In this document: in pieces, positions 10,349 through 19,788 of the stretch
Position numbering within the stretch: position 1 is the first letter of the stretch
Layout: each line of letters begins with the position of its first letter
From: Thermoanaerobaculia bacterium
GTDB lineage: Bacteria > Acidobacteriota > Thermoanaerobaculia > UBA5066
Reading direction: 5' to 3'
Length of the DNA: 64,000 nucleotides
Assembly (NCBI GenBank): GCA_038245905.1
Contig: JBBRRY010000020.1
Span: 9,006-73,005, forward strand
Notes under the pieces: generated by a model
What the model was told of the DNA's origin: nothing
Database searches by the model: none
Seen by the model: the letters and a program-made list of their open reading frames with translations, nothing else
Made by a program: the position numbers and the translations under genes

Positions 10349-10741
10349 TCAGGGAACGACCTTGATCTCCGGGTCGATGAAGATGACCTTCTTCGTTTTC
10401 TTGTCGGTGATCTTGACCCCGTATTCGTGAGACTTGTGGTCGGCGTCGGGCCTTACGTGCGGGGAGACGACGTGGTGGCCGTGCATCTGGAACGGCCCGT
10501 CGAACGGACCCTTCGAGCCGTCCTTGAAGACGATCTCGACGTTGACGTCCAGCCACGGCGGGCTGATGACCCAGTGCGCATAGTGCTTGGCCGACTTGCT
10601 GAGGACGAGGACTTTACCTTTGGATTCGGCATGGTCCGTGACGGGCTCGCGGGCGCCCGTGACCCTGCCGTTCTCGTCGTGATCGACGTGGATGGTTGCC
10701 AGCCGTGCCTTGGAATGGTCGTGTGCCATGGTGCTGCTCAT
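10349..10741 (-). CDS. Small His-rich protein with C-terminal IDPEIKV motif
   Basis: 130 aa, 13 His; ATGA overlap with the upstream kinase stop; similar to the protein at 24127-24462. Confidence 0.75.
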   Translation of the reverse strand: MSSTMAHDHSKARLATIHVDHDENGRVTGAREPVTDHAESKGKVLVLSKSAKHYAHWVISPPWLDVNVEIVFKDGSKGPFDGPFQMHGHHVVSPHVRPDADHKSHEYGVKITDKKTKKVIFIDPEIKVVP

Positions 10742-13350
10742 GTTGGTTCTTTTCCTTTCCGGTGCTTGCTGATGATCTCCCGATATCGGGGGTTTGCGCG
10801 GAGCGAGGTGAATTCCGGTTCGGTCTCGATCTCGTTCGGTCCAAGGCCGTGACCGAGCGCACGCTCGAGGGCGTCGAGCGCGCGGCTCGTCTTGCCGGCC
10901 CGGGCGAAGACGATTGCCGACGATTGAAGGACGAGGATGTTTTCGGGCTCGAGAGCGAGAGCCTTCTGAATGGCCGCGAGACCGGACTCCGCTTTCGAGG
11001 TCCTCGCGAGGGCGACGCCGATGACGGCCTGGGCCTCGCCGTTCCGCGGATTGACGCGAAGAGCTTCCGTGGCGAGGCGGACCGCCTCGTCGTATTCGTG
11101 CGTTGCGTGGTCCAATTCGCCGGGAATTCGCGAGAGGACGTCGGCGAAAGCCTTGTGGTTCCAGAAGTCGAGAGGGTCGATCTCGGCGGCGCGTGAGAGC
11201 TCCCGCGCCGATTCTGGGTACCGCCCCTGCATGTAGTAGAGCGTGCCGAGATTCGAGAACGCCAGCGCCTGCGGAGCGATTTCGGCCGAACGCATGAGCG
11301 CGGTTTCGGCCTGCGGATAGTCCTCCATCCGGAGATACGCCGCGCCGAGGTTGGAGTAAAGGCGCGCGACGCCAGGATTCAGCTCGATTCCCTTCCGATA
11401 GGCGTGCGCCGCCTCCGAATAGCGATGCGTGCCGAAGTAGAAGTACCCGAGCCCGCTATATGCGCTCCACGCTCGAGGCCGGAGCTGGACAACGCGCTGA
11501 AACGCCTTTTCGGCCTCGCCGTGCCGGCCGGATTTCATGAGCGAGAGTGCGAGGACACGCAGCGTGTCGGCGTCGTCAGGCCTCTGCAGGAGGACCTTTT
11601 GGAAGACCTTGATTCCGGCCTCGGTCTCGCCGGTCGCGGTCAGGACCCGGCCCAGTGTGACCTGCGCCTCGGGGAGATTCGCGTCGAGAGCTATGGCGCG
11701 CTCCGCCGCCTTCCTCGCGAGCTCGGCCAGCGTGACGTCCTTCGAGAGGTCGTACGACGCAAGGTAGGCGCGCCCGAGCGCAGCCTCGACGAGCGCTGAT
11801 TTCTCCGCGTCCGTGAGCTTCGTGAGGAGAGCGACCGCCTTCTCGACCGAATCCTTGTCGTCATAACGCTCGAGATATCCGAGCGCGACCGTGTAATCGG
11901 TCTGCGCGGGGCCGGGCGCGAGGGCGGGACGTGCGGGCGCGGGGAGGGAGGTACCGCTCGCGAGATGGACGCGCAGCGCTGCGACGAGCTTCTGTGTCAG
12001 CTCGTCCTCGAGCCGGAAGTGTTCGGTCGCGGGACCGGTCACCTCGCCGGCGGCCATCTGGACGGGGGAGCCGGCGAGGAGCAAGGAGTACGACAGCTGC
12101 CTGGTGTCGCCCAGCTGCCGGACGGCAGGCTGGACGAGGAGGTTGGCTCCCGTATCGCGCGCCCATTTGGCAAGGTCGGTCTCGTGCATCATGGCTGGAC
12201 CGGAGGAATGCATGACGGCGAGGCCCGGAACGCTCTGGAGCTTCACGCTGAGGCTGACGGACACGCCATCGCATAGCTGCCGGCCGTCCGGCCGTCCGGT
12301 GAGGTCGATAGCCGGGAGAATGGCGAGGAGCTTCGAGGCCGGGAGCGCGGTGGTGTCCCTCCCGCGAAACGAGACGTAGCCGAGGACGGCGATCACAGCG
12401 GCGAGGAGAACCCCGGCGCCCACCCAGACGCGCGGCGCGCGCGGGATCCGGACCGTCACGGCCCCAAGGCTTCGTGAGGCGACGTTGCTCGTTCCCCCGG
12501 CGACGAGGTCCAGCTGCTGCTTCACGTACGTCATGTCGGGGGCGCGCCTGTCGATGTCCTTACTCAGGCACTCCTCGAGAAGAGAGCGGATCGGACGCGG
12601 CGTTTCCTTCGGGAGCGCCTTCCATTCGGGCGTGTGCTTGAGGATGGCGACGAGGATGTCGGTCTGGGACTCGCCCGAGAACGTCTTGCTCCCTGCGAGC
12701 ATCTCGTAGAAAAGACAGCCGAACGACCAGATATCGCTCCGGCGGTCGAGGCTCTGGCCGCGCGCCTGCTCGGGGCTCATGTAGGAGACCGTGCCGAGCA
12801 CCGTTCCCTCCCGCGTGGCGTCGGCGCCGAGCGTGGGGGACCTGGAATCGTCAGAGGCGTTGTTTCCGGAAGCGAAAATCTTGGCGAGGCCGAAATCGAG
12901 GAGCTTCACCTGTCCGTCGGGCGTGACCTTCACGTTCGCGGGCTTGAGGTCGCGGTGGAGAATTCCCTTCGCGTGGGCCACGTCGAGGGCCTCGGCGACC
13001 TGCCGGGCGATCGCGAGAGCTCGCGGAAACGGAAGCGGCCTTTCGACGAGAAGCTCCTTGATGGTGTCGCCCGGCACCATCTCCATGACGAGAAGCTGAA
13101 CGTCATCGACTCTCTCGAAGCTGTGGATCGCCGCGATATTCGTATGGTTCAAGGCAGCAAGAAGCTGGGCCTCGCGCTGGAAACGGACGATCACTTCGCG
13201 ATCGCCGGCGACGGTTTCCGGCAGGACCTTCAGGGCGACTTCGCGCCCGAGCCGCGTGTCGCGCGCCCGCCAGACCTCGCCCATGCCGCCGACGCCGAGC
13301 GGCGCGAGAATCTCGTACGGGCCGAGCATCGTGCCGGGTGCGAGGGTCAT
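10738..13350 (-). CDS. Hanks-type Ser/Thr kinase - TM - TolB-N-like - TPR protein
   Basis: [27 protein letters not shown] and YMSPEQ motifs; one TM helix; multiple TPRs. Confidence 0.93.
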   Translation of the reverse strand: MTLAPGTMLGPYEILAPLGVGGMGEVWRARDTRLGREVALKVLPETVAGDREVIVRFQREAQLLAALNHTNIAAIHSFERVDDVQLLVMEMVPGDTIKELLVERPLPFPRALAIARQVAEALDVAHAKGILHRDLKPANVKVTPDGQVKLLDFGLAKIFASGNNASDDSRSPTLGADATREGTVLGTVSYMSPEQARGQSLDRRSDIWSFGCLFYEMLAGSKTFSGESQTDILVAILKHTPEWKALPKETPRPIRSLLEECLSKDIDRRAPDMTYVKQQLDLVAGGTSNVASRSLGAVTVRIPRAPRVWVGAGVLLAAVIAVLGYVSFRGRDTTALPASKLLAILPAIDLTGRPDGRQLCDGVSVSLSVKLQSVPGLAVMHSSGPAMMHETDLAKWARDTGANLLVQPAVRQLGDTRQLSYSLLLAGSPVQMAAGEVTGPATEHFRLEDELTQKLVAALRVHLASGTSLPAPARPALAPGPAQTDYTVALGYLERYDDKDSVEKAVALLTKLTDAEKSALVEAALGRAYLASYDLSKDVTLAELARKAAERAIALDANLPEAQVTLGRVLTATGETEAGIKVFQKVLLQRPDDADTLRVLALSLMKSGRHGEAEKAFQRVVQLRPRAWSAYSGLGYFYFGTHRYSEAAHAYRKGIELNPGVARLYSNLGAAYLRMEDYPQAETALMRSAEIAPQALAFSNLGTLYYMQGRYPESARELSRAAEIDPLDFWNHKAFADVLSRIPGELDHATHEYDEAVRLATEALRVNPRNGEAQAVIGVALARTSKAESGLAAIQKALALEPENILVLQSSAIVFARAGKTSRALDALERALGHGLGPNEIETEPEFTSLRANPRYREIISKHRKGKEPT

Positions 13351-13564
13351 GAGTTGTCGACCGCGATTATGGCCGACCGGGCTTTGCGTCGGCGGGAAAC
13401 AGAACGGCCATCGCGGGCCGCAGAGGTCAGAACACGAACATTCCCACCGCCGCGCCGGCCATCAGGAGGGTCGCGATTTTCATGTCCGACGAGCGCGAGT
13501 GGAGCCCGGTCTGGGTCTTCAATCCAGCGGCTTCCGGGGAACCGTCCCGCTCACGGGCGCCTTG

Positions 13565-13843
13565 TCACCTCCGCCGGGAGAGAAGGTGAATGATCGCCAC
13601 GAAGAGGGCAGCACCGATGATGGACCAGAGAACGGGGAACGGATGCCCGCCAATGGTGACCATGAGGGGTTCCGGCAGCTTGAGAGCCCGAGCGACCCAC
13701 GGCCCGAGAAGAGCACCGATGAAACCAAGAGCGGTCGAGACGATCAGCCCGCCGGGAGCGCTCCCCGCGATGGCCTTTCCGATGGCGCCGCAAACGGCCG
13801 CGATCACGATGAGGATCAGAAGGGCAGGTAGTGAAATTGTCAT
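13565..13843 (-). CDS. GlsB/YeaQ/YmgE (transglycosylase-associated) family membrane protein
   Basis: 92-aa Gly-rich hydrophobic protein (LGFIGALLG...SIIGAALFV); AAAGGA RBS before ATG 13843. Confidence 0.8.
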   Translation of the reverse strand: MTISLPALLILIVIAAVCGAIGKAIAGSAPGGLIVSTALGFIGALLGPWVARALKLPEPLMVTIGGHPFPVLWSIIGAALFVAIIHLLSRRR

Positions 13844-13877
13844 GGCGGATTCCTTTCGCGTGCGCGTCGAGGAAGGC

Positions 13878-13894
13878 CGCAAGCCCTGTGCCAG
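13878..13894 (-). promoter_or_regulatory. Sigma-54 (-24/-12) promoter
   Basis: CTGGCACAGGGCTTGCG on the minus strand: GG-N10-GC matching TGGCAC-N5-TTGC, 35 nt upstream of the ATG. Confidence 0.7.
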
Positions 13895-14138
13895 CGTGAC
13901 GCCACCGTCGCTTGGGGCCGAGGGAACGCCTTTCCGTTGGGAACGGGCCCCGGCACGACCCCGTTTTGCAACCCGCTGAAATCCTTACCGCATGGACGAA
14001 TCGTCGAACGTTCAGGCATAGACTGACCGCAGCATCAATGAGAATGAGAAGCTCCCACGGGACCAACTCCCGAAACACCGGTCATGGGCCGCTCCTCTGA
14101 AGCTCGCTGCTTGGATCGTCGCCCGCACGCCCCTCGCC

Positions 14139-14969
14139 GTGGCGGCGGGAGTCTCGACAGGGGCCGCATGGCTCTGGTGGCTCCTCGTCCCGATCCGGCG
14201 GCGCCTCGCCATCCTCAACTTCCGTGGCGCCTTCCCGGGCGTCCCGCCGGGCGTCCCGCTCCGCCGGATGATGGCTGGCCTCGTCCTCGGCTATTTCGAG
14301 CTGCTGCACGAGGAGAGGGTTCCCGGGAGCGTCGACCTCTCGATCGAGGGAGCCGGGCCGATTGCCGAGCGCGGGAAGGCGGGAAAGGGGACCCTCGTTT
14401 TCGCCGGCCACCTTGGCTCCTGGGACCTCGTCGGACCGCTCCTGGCGCGCCGAACCGGGATCAAGGCGACGGTGGTCGTGAAGATCCCGCGGTCGAAATC
14501 AGTTGCCGCTCTCATCGAACGCGTCCGGGCCGCATACGGGCTCAGCCTCCTTCCGAACAAGACCGGTTCGATGCCGCGCGTTTTCGAGCTTCTCGAGGAG
14601 GGGCACCTCGTCGTCTTCGTCATCGACCAGAGGCTCGCGCGCGGCGTCGCCGTCCCCTTCTTCGGCCGTCCCGCCCTGACGGCCCCGGCGATCGCCGTCG
14701 CAGCGGCGAGAACCTCCATCCCCGTCCATTTCCTCGAGTACTGGCGGGAAGGGACCGGGAGGCACCAGGCGGTCTTCTCCGCGCCTCTCCCGGTGACGGG
14801 GAGAGCGGAGGATGACGTCGCCGCCTTCACCGCGAGGATCGAGGAGGCCGTGAGACGGCGGCCGCACAATTGGCTCTGGCTCCACGACCGCTGGAAAGGA
14901 GCGCCCGCAGCCGCAACTCCCTTACAGCCAGAGGAACGCCATCGCAACGATCATGTAGACGACGAGTAG
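14139..14969 (+). CDS. Lipid A late-acyltransferase (LpxL/HtrB-like) family protein
   Basis: HLGSWD (HX4D), IDQ, VPFFG and PHNWLWLHDRWK motifs. The start is uncertain because the frame is open further upstream; the 3' end overlaps the convergent antiporter gene. Confidence 0.85.
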   Translation: MAAGVSTGAAWLWWLLVPIRRRLAILNFRGAFPGVPPGVPLRRMMAGLVLGYFELLHEERVPGSVDLSIEGAGPIAERGKAGKGTLVFAGHLGSWDLVGPLLARRTGIKATVVVKIPRSKSVAALIERVRAAYGLSLLPNKTGSMPRVFELLEEGHLVVFVIDQRLARGVAVPFFGRPALTAPAIAVAAARTSIPVHFLEYWREGTGRHQAVFSAPLPVTGRAEDDVAAFTARIEEAVRRRPHNWLWLHDRWKGAPAAATPLQPEERHRNDHVDDE

Positions 14970-16004
14970 CTGCGCGCCTTCGAGCCAGTTCGACTCGCCG
15001 TCGGCGGCGATCTGGCCCGCGATGAGCACCGAGACTCCGAGAACGGCGACCTCGAACGGGTTGAAAAAAAGCGTCATCTTCCGCCCGAAGAGCAGCGACA
15101 CGAACACGAGAAGCGGCGCGACGAAGAGCGCGATCTGCTGGCTGGAGCCGAGCGAAATCGCGAGAGACAGCTCCATCCGGTTTCGCGCGGCGGCCGAGAC
15201 GGAGACGAGGTGCTCGGCTACGTTGCCGACGAGCGGGATGAGGACGATGCCGAGGAAGACCTCCGAGACGCCCGTGCGCCGAACGACGGGTTCGATCGCG
15301 CCGACGAGAAGCTCGGAGAGGACGACGGTCGCGAGCGTCGACCCGACGAGGACGCCCACCGCCTTGCGAATGCTCCACGCGCCTTCGGGCGCCTCTCCAT
15401 ACGTCACGCCGACCTCGGGCGCGATCCCGCGCGAGGGCGTCGTCAGAGAGAAGACGAGCGAGAGGACGTAGACGACGATTAGCACACCGGCGATCCCGAG
15501 AGACAGTTTGTCGAGGAGCGGGTCGGGCGACTCGGACAGGAGCGGCAGATGGTGCTGCAGCTTGTGGACGATCTCGAAGAGGGTCGGGATGAGGAGGCCG
15601 ATGACGGAGAGCAGCATCATCGTCGAGGCCGTTCCCGCGGCCCGCGGGTCGAAGCGCTGGAGCCCGTTCTTCAGGCCGCCGACGAGAAGCGACAGGCCGA
15701 GAATGAGAAGGAGGTTCCCGAGGATCGAGCCCACGATCGACGCCTTCACGAGCTCGATCCTCCCGGCCCGGAGAGCGACGATCGTGATGATGAGCTCGGC
15801 CGCGTTGCCGAGCGTCGCGTTCAGGAGGCCGCCCACGCGCTCGCCCGTGCGATGCGCGAGCTGCTCCGTCGCCTCGCCCATCGCGCCCGCGAGAGGGAGG
15901 AGGCCGAGGCACGCGAACACGAAGACGAGAGCGGGCTCGTGGAAGAGCCACTCGGCGGCGAGCGCGAGCGGGACGAACACGAGGAAAAAACGGAGGATCC
16001 TCAC
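14922..16004 (-). CDS. cax: Ca2+/H+ antiporter (CaCA/CAX family)
   Basis: [29 protein letters not shown] and DGESNWLEG signatures. Confidence 0.93.
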   Translation of the reverse strand: MRILRFFLVFVPLALAAEWLFHEPALVFVFACLGLLPLAGAMGEATEQLAHRTGERVGGLLNATLGNAAELIITIVALRAGRIELVKASIVGSILGNLLLILGLSLLVGGLKNGLQRFDPRAAGTASTMMLLSVIGLLIPTLFEIVHKLQHHLPLLSESPDPLLDKLSLGIAGVLIVVYVLSLVFSLTTPSRGIAPEVGVTYGEAPEGAWSIRKAVGVLVGSTLATVVLSELLVGAIEPVVRRTGVSEVFLGIVLIPLVGNVAEHLVSVSAAARNRMELSLAISLGSSQQIALFVAPLLVFVSLLFGRKMTLFFNPFEVAVLGVSVLIAGQIAADGESNWLEGAQLLVVYMIVAMAFLWL

Positions 16005-16131
16005 GTCCGGCGATTCTAAAGGGACGGCCGGAACGCGGCGGATTCACTCCCGCGGGCGCTTTGCCTGCTGCCGACGGTTTCCCCTATCATCCGCCCTCGC
16101 TTGCGCGGGCAAGCGAGAAAGCGGGGCCTTC

Positions 16132-16539
16132 ATGCTCAAGGAGTTCAAGGAATTTATCAGCAAGGGCAACGTGCTCGATCTGGCCGTCGGCGTCATCATC
16201 GGCGCGGCGTTTGGGAAGATCGTCGCGTCGTTCACGAGCGACATCCTGATGCCGCCGATCGGCCTCCTGATGGGGAAGGTCGACTTCTCGAGCCTTTTCA
16301 TCAACCTGTCCGGAAAGCCGGCCGAGACACTCGCGGCCGCGAAGGCGGCGGGAATCCCGACGATCAATTACGGCCTTTTCTTCAACACGATCATCGACTT
16401 TCTGATCGTGGGCTTCGTGATCTTCCTCGTCGTGAAGCAGGCGAACCGCATGAAGAAGGAAGTGCCCGCCCCGGCCCCCGCCGGACCGACGAAAGACCAG
16501 CAGCTTCTCACCGAGATCCGGGACCTTCTCCGGAAGTGA
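16132..16539 (+). CDS. mscL: Large-conductance mechanosensitive channel
   Basis: [31 protein letters not shown]...LLTEIRDLL; true start is ATG 16132. Confidence 0.97.
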   Translation: MLKEFKEFISKGNVLDLAVGVIIGAAFGKIVASFTSDILMPPIGLLMGKVDFSSLFINLSGKPAETLAAAKAAGIPTINYGLFFNTIIDFLIVGFVIFLVVKQANRMKKEVPAPAPAGPTKDQQLLTEIRDLLRK

Positions 16540-17330
16540 TGCAGGAATCCCCGATGACCCGAAAATCCCTCGCCACTTTCGCGCTTGTTCTCCTCGTCGC
16601 AGCCGTGCCGGTGTTCGCCCAGGACGCCGCGCCGGCGAGGCCGATGTGCCCGTGCCCTCCGCCGGACCCGCCACCGCCGGCGCTCCAGGGATCGCTCAGC
16701 GCCGGCCTCGCGCTCACGACCGGCAACACAGACACGAGCAGCTTCAACCTCGGGTTCAACATGGTGTACGACCCGAAAACGCACAGCCTTTTCAAGGCCG
16801 ACCTGTTCTACCTGCGTTCCGCGAGTGACGGCGTCGCCACGACGGACAAGGCAGGCGCGAACCTTCGCTACGAGTACAAGCTCACAGAGCGCTTCTACGC
16901 CTTCGCCCAGGTCGGCTACCAGCGAGACCGGTTCAAGAACATCACCTACCTCGTCACTCCGATGCTGGGCGGCGGGTACTACGTGGTGAAGGAGAAGACC
17001 CTCGAGCTGACCGTCGATGCCTCCATCGGCGGGGCGTTCGAGAAAGACAGCGGCTTCGACGCCACATCGAGTGGGGCGTTCGCCGTGGGCCAGGGCTTCG
17101 TCTGGAAGATCTCGCCGGCCGCGACCTTCACCGAGAAGGCGACGGGCCTCTGGAAGATGAACGACACCTCCGACTCGTTCTACCATTTCGAGGTGGGGCT
17201 CTCGGCGTCGCTCGTCAAGAATTTCGAGCTGAAGGTCGCGTACCTCGTCGACTACAAGAATCTGCCCAACCCGCCCACGCTCAGGAAGACCGACACGGCG
17301 CTCATCGCGTCGATCGTTTACAAGTTCTAG
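16539..17330 (+). CDS. DUF481-like outer-membrane beta-barrel protein
   Basis: Signal peptide; GLALTTGNTDT; alternating beta-strand pattern; C-terminal YKF; TGATG coupling to mscL. Confidence 0.8.
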   Translation: MQESPMTRKSLATFALVLLVAAVPVFAQDAAPARPMCPCPPPDPPPPALQGSLSAGLALTTGNTDTSSFNLGFNMVYDPKTHSLFKADLFYLRSASDGVATTDKAGANLRYEYKLTERFYAFAQVGYQRDRFKNITYLVTPMLGGGYYVVKEKTLELTVDASIGGAFEKDSGFDATSSGAFAVGQGFVWKISPAATFTEKATGLWKMNDTSDSFYHFEVGLSASLVKNFELKVAYLVDYKNLPNPPTLRKTDTALIASIVYKF

Positions 17331-17407
17331 CATCCCCTCCCGTCATCCTGCCTGAAAGGGGTGAGGGAACGACCCCCGGGCGTTAGAATCGTGGAAAAGG
17401 TGGGGTC

Positions 17408-18283
17408 ATGTCGCTTTTCGTGAAGTTCAACCTGATACTGATTCTCGTTTTCGCCGTGGCCCTGGTGCCAGCCGGCTATATTTCGAACAGCCTGCTCCAG
17501 AAGAACGCGCGCACGCAGATCGTGCAGATCGCGAGGATCATGATGCAGAGCGCGCTCGCGACGCGGGGCTATACGAACAAGCAGATCAAGCCCCTCCTCG
17601 CGCCGCGGCTCGCCGACGAGTTCCTCCCGCAGTCGGTTCCGTCCTATTCGGCGACCGAGATCTTCAACAACCTCCGTGAGAGCAACCCCGATTACACCTA
17701 TAAGGAGGCGGCTCTCAACCCGACGAACCCCCGCGACCGGACGGTCGAGTGGGAGGCGGACATCGTGAACGCGTTCCGCTCGAACGAAAAGCTCCCCGAG
17801 ATCATCGGCGAGCGCAACGCGCCCCTCGGACGCGCGCTCTATCTCGCGCGGCCCATCAAGATCACCGACGCGGGCTGCCTCTCGTGCCACACGACTCCCG
17901 AGATCGCGCCGGCCTCCGTCGTGAAGGCCTACGGAACGAGCGGCGGCTTCGGCTGGAAGCTGAACGAGATCATCGGCGCGCAGATCGTCTCCGTGCCGAT
18001 GGCCGTTCCGATCGGCCTCGCGAACACCGCTTTCAAGACGCTCATGGGGTCGCTGATCGCCGTCTTCGTGAGCATTCTCGTCGTCCTGAACGTCCTCCTC
18101 ATGCTCGTCGTCATCCGGCCCATCAAGCGCCTGTCCGAAATGGCCGACCAGGTGTCGACCGGAAACCTCGACGTGCCCGACGTGACGGTGAAGGGCACGG
18201 ACGAGGTCGCCGTGCTCTCTGGCTCGTTCAATCGGATGCGCATCAGTCTGACGAAGGCCCTGAAGATGCTCGAGTCCGAGTAA
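17408..18283 (+). CDS. DUF3365 c-type heme sensor domain + HAMP membrane protein
   Basis: YKEAALNPTNPRDR, CLSCH heme-binding motif, GFGWKLNEIIGAQIVSVP; two TM helices; HAMP (RPIKRL...DEVAVLSGSFNRM); no output domain. Confidence 0.88.
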   Translation: MSLFVKFNLILILVFAVALVPAGYISNSLLQKNARTQIVQIARIMMQSALATRGYTNKQIKPLLAPRLADEFLPQSVPSYSATEIFNNLRESNPDYTYKEAALNPTNPRDRTVEWEADIVNAFRSNEKLPEIIGERNAPLGRALYLARPIKITDAGCLSCHTTPEIAPASVVKAYGTSGGFGWKLNEIIGAQIVSVPMAVPIGLANTAFKTLMGSLIAVFVSILVVLNVLLMLVVIRPIKRLSEMADQVSTGNLDVPDVTVKGTDEVAVLSGSFNRMRISLTKALKMLESE

Positions 18284-18299
18284 GGCGGGACCCGGTCGG

Positions 18300-19748
18300 A
18301 TGGCGGACTCAATTCCTCCCGGAACCCGCTTCGGCGACTACGAGATCCTCGAGGAGCTCGGCGCCGGCGGAATGGGAAAGGTCTATCGCGCGCGGGACCT
18401 CACGCTCGAGCGTGTCGTCGCCCTGAAGACGCTCGCCCACCAGTTCTCGTCAGACGCGAATTTCGTGCAGCGTTTCCTCAAGGAAGCCCGGGCGGCGGCC
18501 CGGCTGAACCAGCCGAATATCGTCCAGATCTACGACTTCGGCTGCGTCGACTCGGTCTACTACCTCGCGATGGAGTTCGTGGACGGGCACTCGCTGGGAA
18601 CCTACCTGAAGCGCGGCCATTTCAGCGAGGCGGAGTCGATCCAGATCATCCGGCACGCGTGTCGTGCGCTCTCGGTCGCGCACGCCGACGGCATCGTCCA
18701 CCGCGACATCAAACCCGACAACATGATGCTCACGAGCCGTGGCGACGTGAAGCTCGTGGACCTCGGGATTGCCAAGCGTATCGACGAGGATCAGTCCTTG
18801 ACGCAGACGGGCCAGGCGATCGGCACGCCGCACTACATATCGCCGGAGCAGATCCGCGGGCAAAAGGATGTGGATGCGCGGGCGGACGTCTATTCGCTGG
18901 GCGCGACGCTCTACCACCTCGTGACCGGGCACACGCCTTACTCGGGAGCGTCCGGCCCCATCGTCATGTCGATGCACCTCGTCGAGCCTCTGCCTGACCC
19001 CCGCCGCTTCGAGGCGGGGCTTTCGGAGGGCATCTGCCGCGTCATCCGCAAGATGATGGCGAAGGATCGCGACCAGAGGTACGGCGACGTTTACGTGCTC
19101 GACCTCGACCTATACCGCCTGCAGTGCGGCGACATGCCGCAGCCCGACGAACAGCAAGGCACGGCGATGGAAGGGCCCGGCGTGATGCCCGCCTCCCCCG
19201 GATACGTTCCGGTGCCGGGCGGGACTTTCGACTCGGGAATCCTGAACCGCATCGAGGAGAACCTGGCGTCCGCCGTGGGACCGATGGCGAAGGTCCTTGT
19301 CCGGAAGGCCGCGCGGACGGCCCCGACACTCGAGGCGCTCTGCGGCACGCTTGCCGAGCAAGTCGCCGACACCGTCACGCGGGACAGGTTTCTCTCGAAG
19401 TGCCTTCTGGCCGCGCGGACGCCGACCGGTGCGAACCGGCCCGGCCGTACGACGCCGGCGCGCGCGAGCGAGGCGCGCACTGAGCTGCGGAGCGGGGACG
19501 GGCCGGTCGCCGGCTCTTCCCGGATGCCCGATTCGGCCGGCCGGACGCTCTTGATCTCCGAGGAGGACCTGCGCGCCGCCGAGACCGAGCTCGCGAAGCA
19601 GATCGGGCCGCTCGCGCGCGTCGTCGTGAAGCGTGCGGCGAAGGGTGCGGGAACGCTCGCCGATCTCATTGCAAAGCTGGAGCTCGACATCCCGACCGAC
19701 GAGAGCCGCCGCGCGTTCCGCGAGGCAATGCGAAAACGCCTGCGCTGA
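18300..19748 (+). CDS. Cytoplasmic Ser/Thr kinase with duplicated C-terminal helical domain
   Basis: GAGGMGKVY, HRDIKPDN, DLGIAK and YISPEQ motifs; two copies of LA..(V/I)GP(M/L)A(K/R)V.V..AA. Confidence 0.92.
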   Translation: MADSIPPGTRFGDYEILEELGAGGMGKVYRARDLTLERVVALKTLAHQFSSDANFVQRFLKEARAAARLNQPNIVQIYDFGCVDSVYYLAMEFVDGHSLGTYLKRGHFSEAESIQIIRHACRALSVAHADGIVHRDIKPDNMMLTSRGDVKLVDLGIAKRIDEDQSLTQTGQAIGTPHYISPEQIRGQKDVDARADVYSLGATLYHLVTGHTPYSGASGPIVMSMHLVEPLPDPRRFEAGLSEGICRVIRKMMAKDRDQRYGDVYVLDLDLYRLQCGDMPQPDEQQGTAMEGPGVMPASPGYVPVPGGTFDSGILNRIEENLASAVGPMAKVLVRKAARTAPTLEALCGTLAEQVADTVTRDRFLSKCLLAARTPTGANRPGRTTPARASEARTELRSGDGPVAGSSRMPDSAGRTLLISEEDLRAAETELAKQIGPLARVVVKRAAKGAGTLADLIAKLELDIPTDESRRAFREAMRKRLR

Positions 19749-19788
19749 GCAGCTTGCGGCGGCCGGCGGATTCTTCTTGTACAAGGCT

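Noticed and set aside
13427-13483. Short minus-strand ORF MKIATLLMAGAAVGMFVF upstream of the first kinase-TPR gene
   Set aside because: No clear RBS and only 18 codons; it could be a gene remnant or chance.
13992-14021. In-frame ATG...TAG upstream of the acyltransferase, a possible amber readthrough
   Set aside because: The extension looks non-conserved and lies outside any catalytic motif; an alternative start or small indel is simpler.
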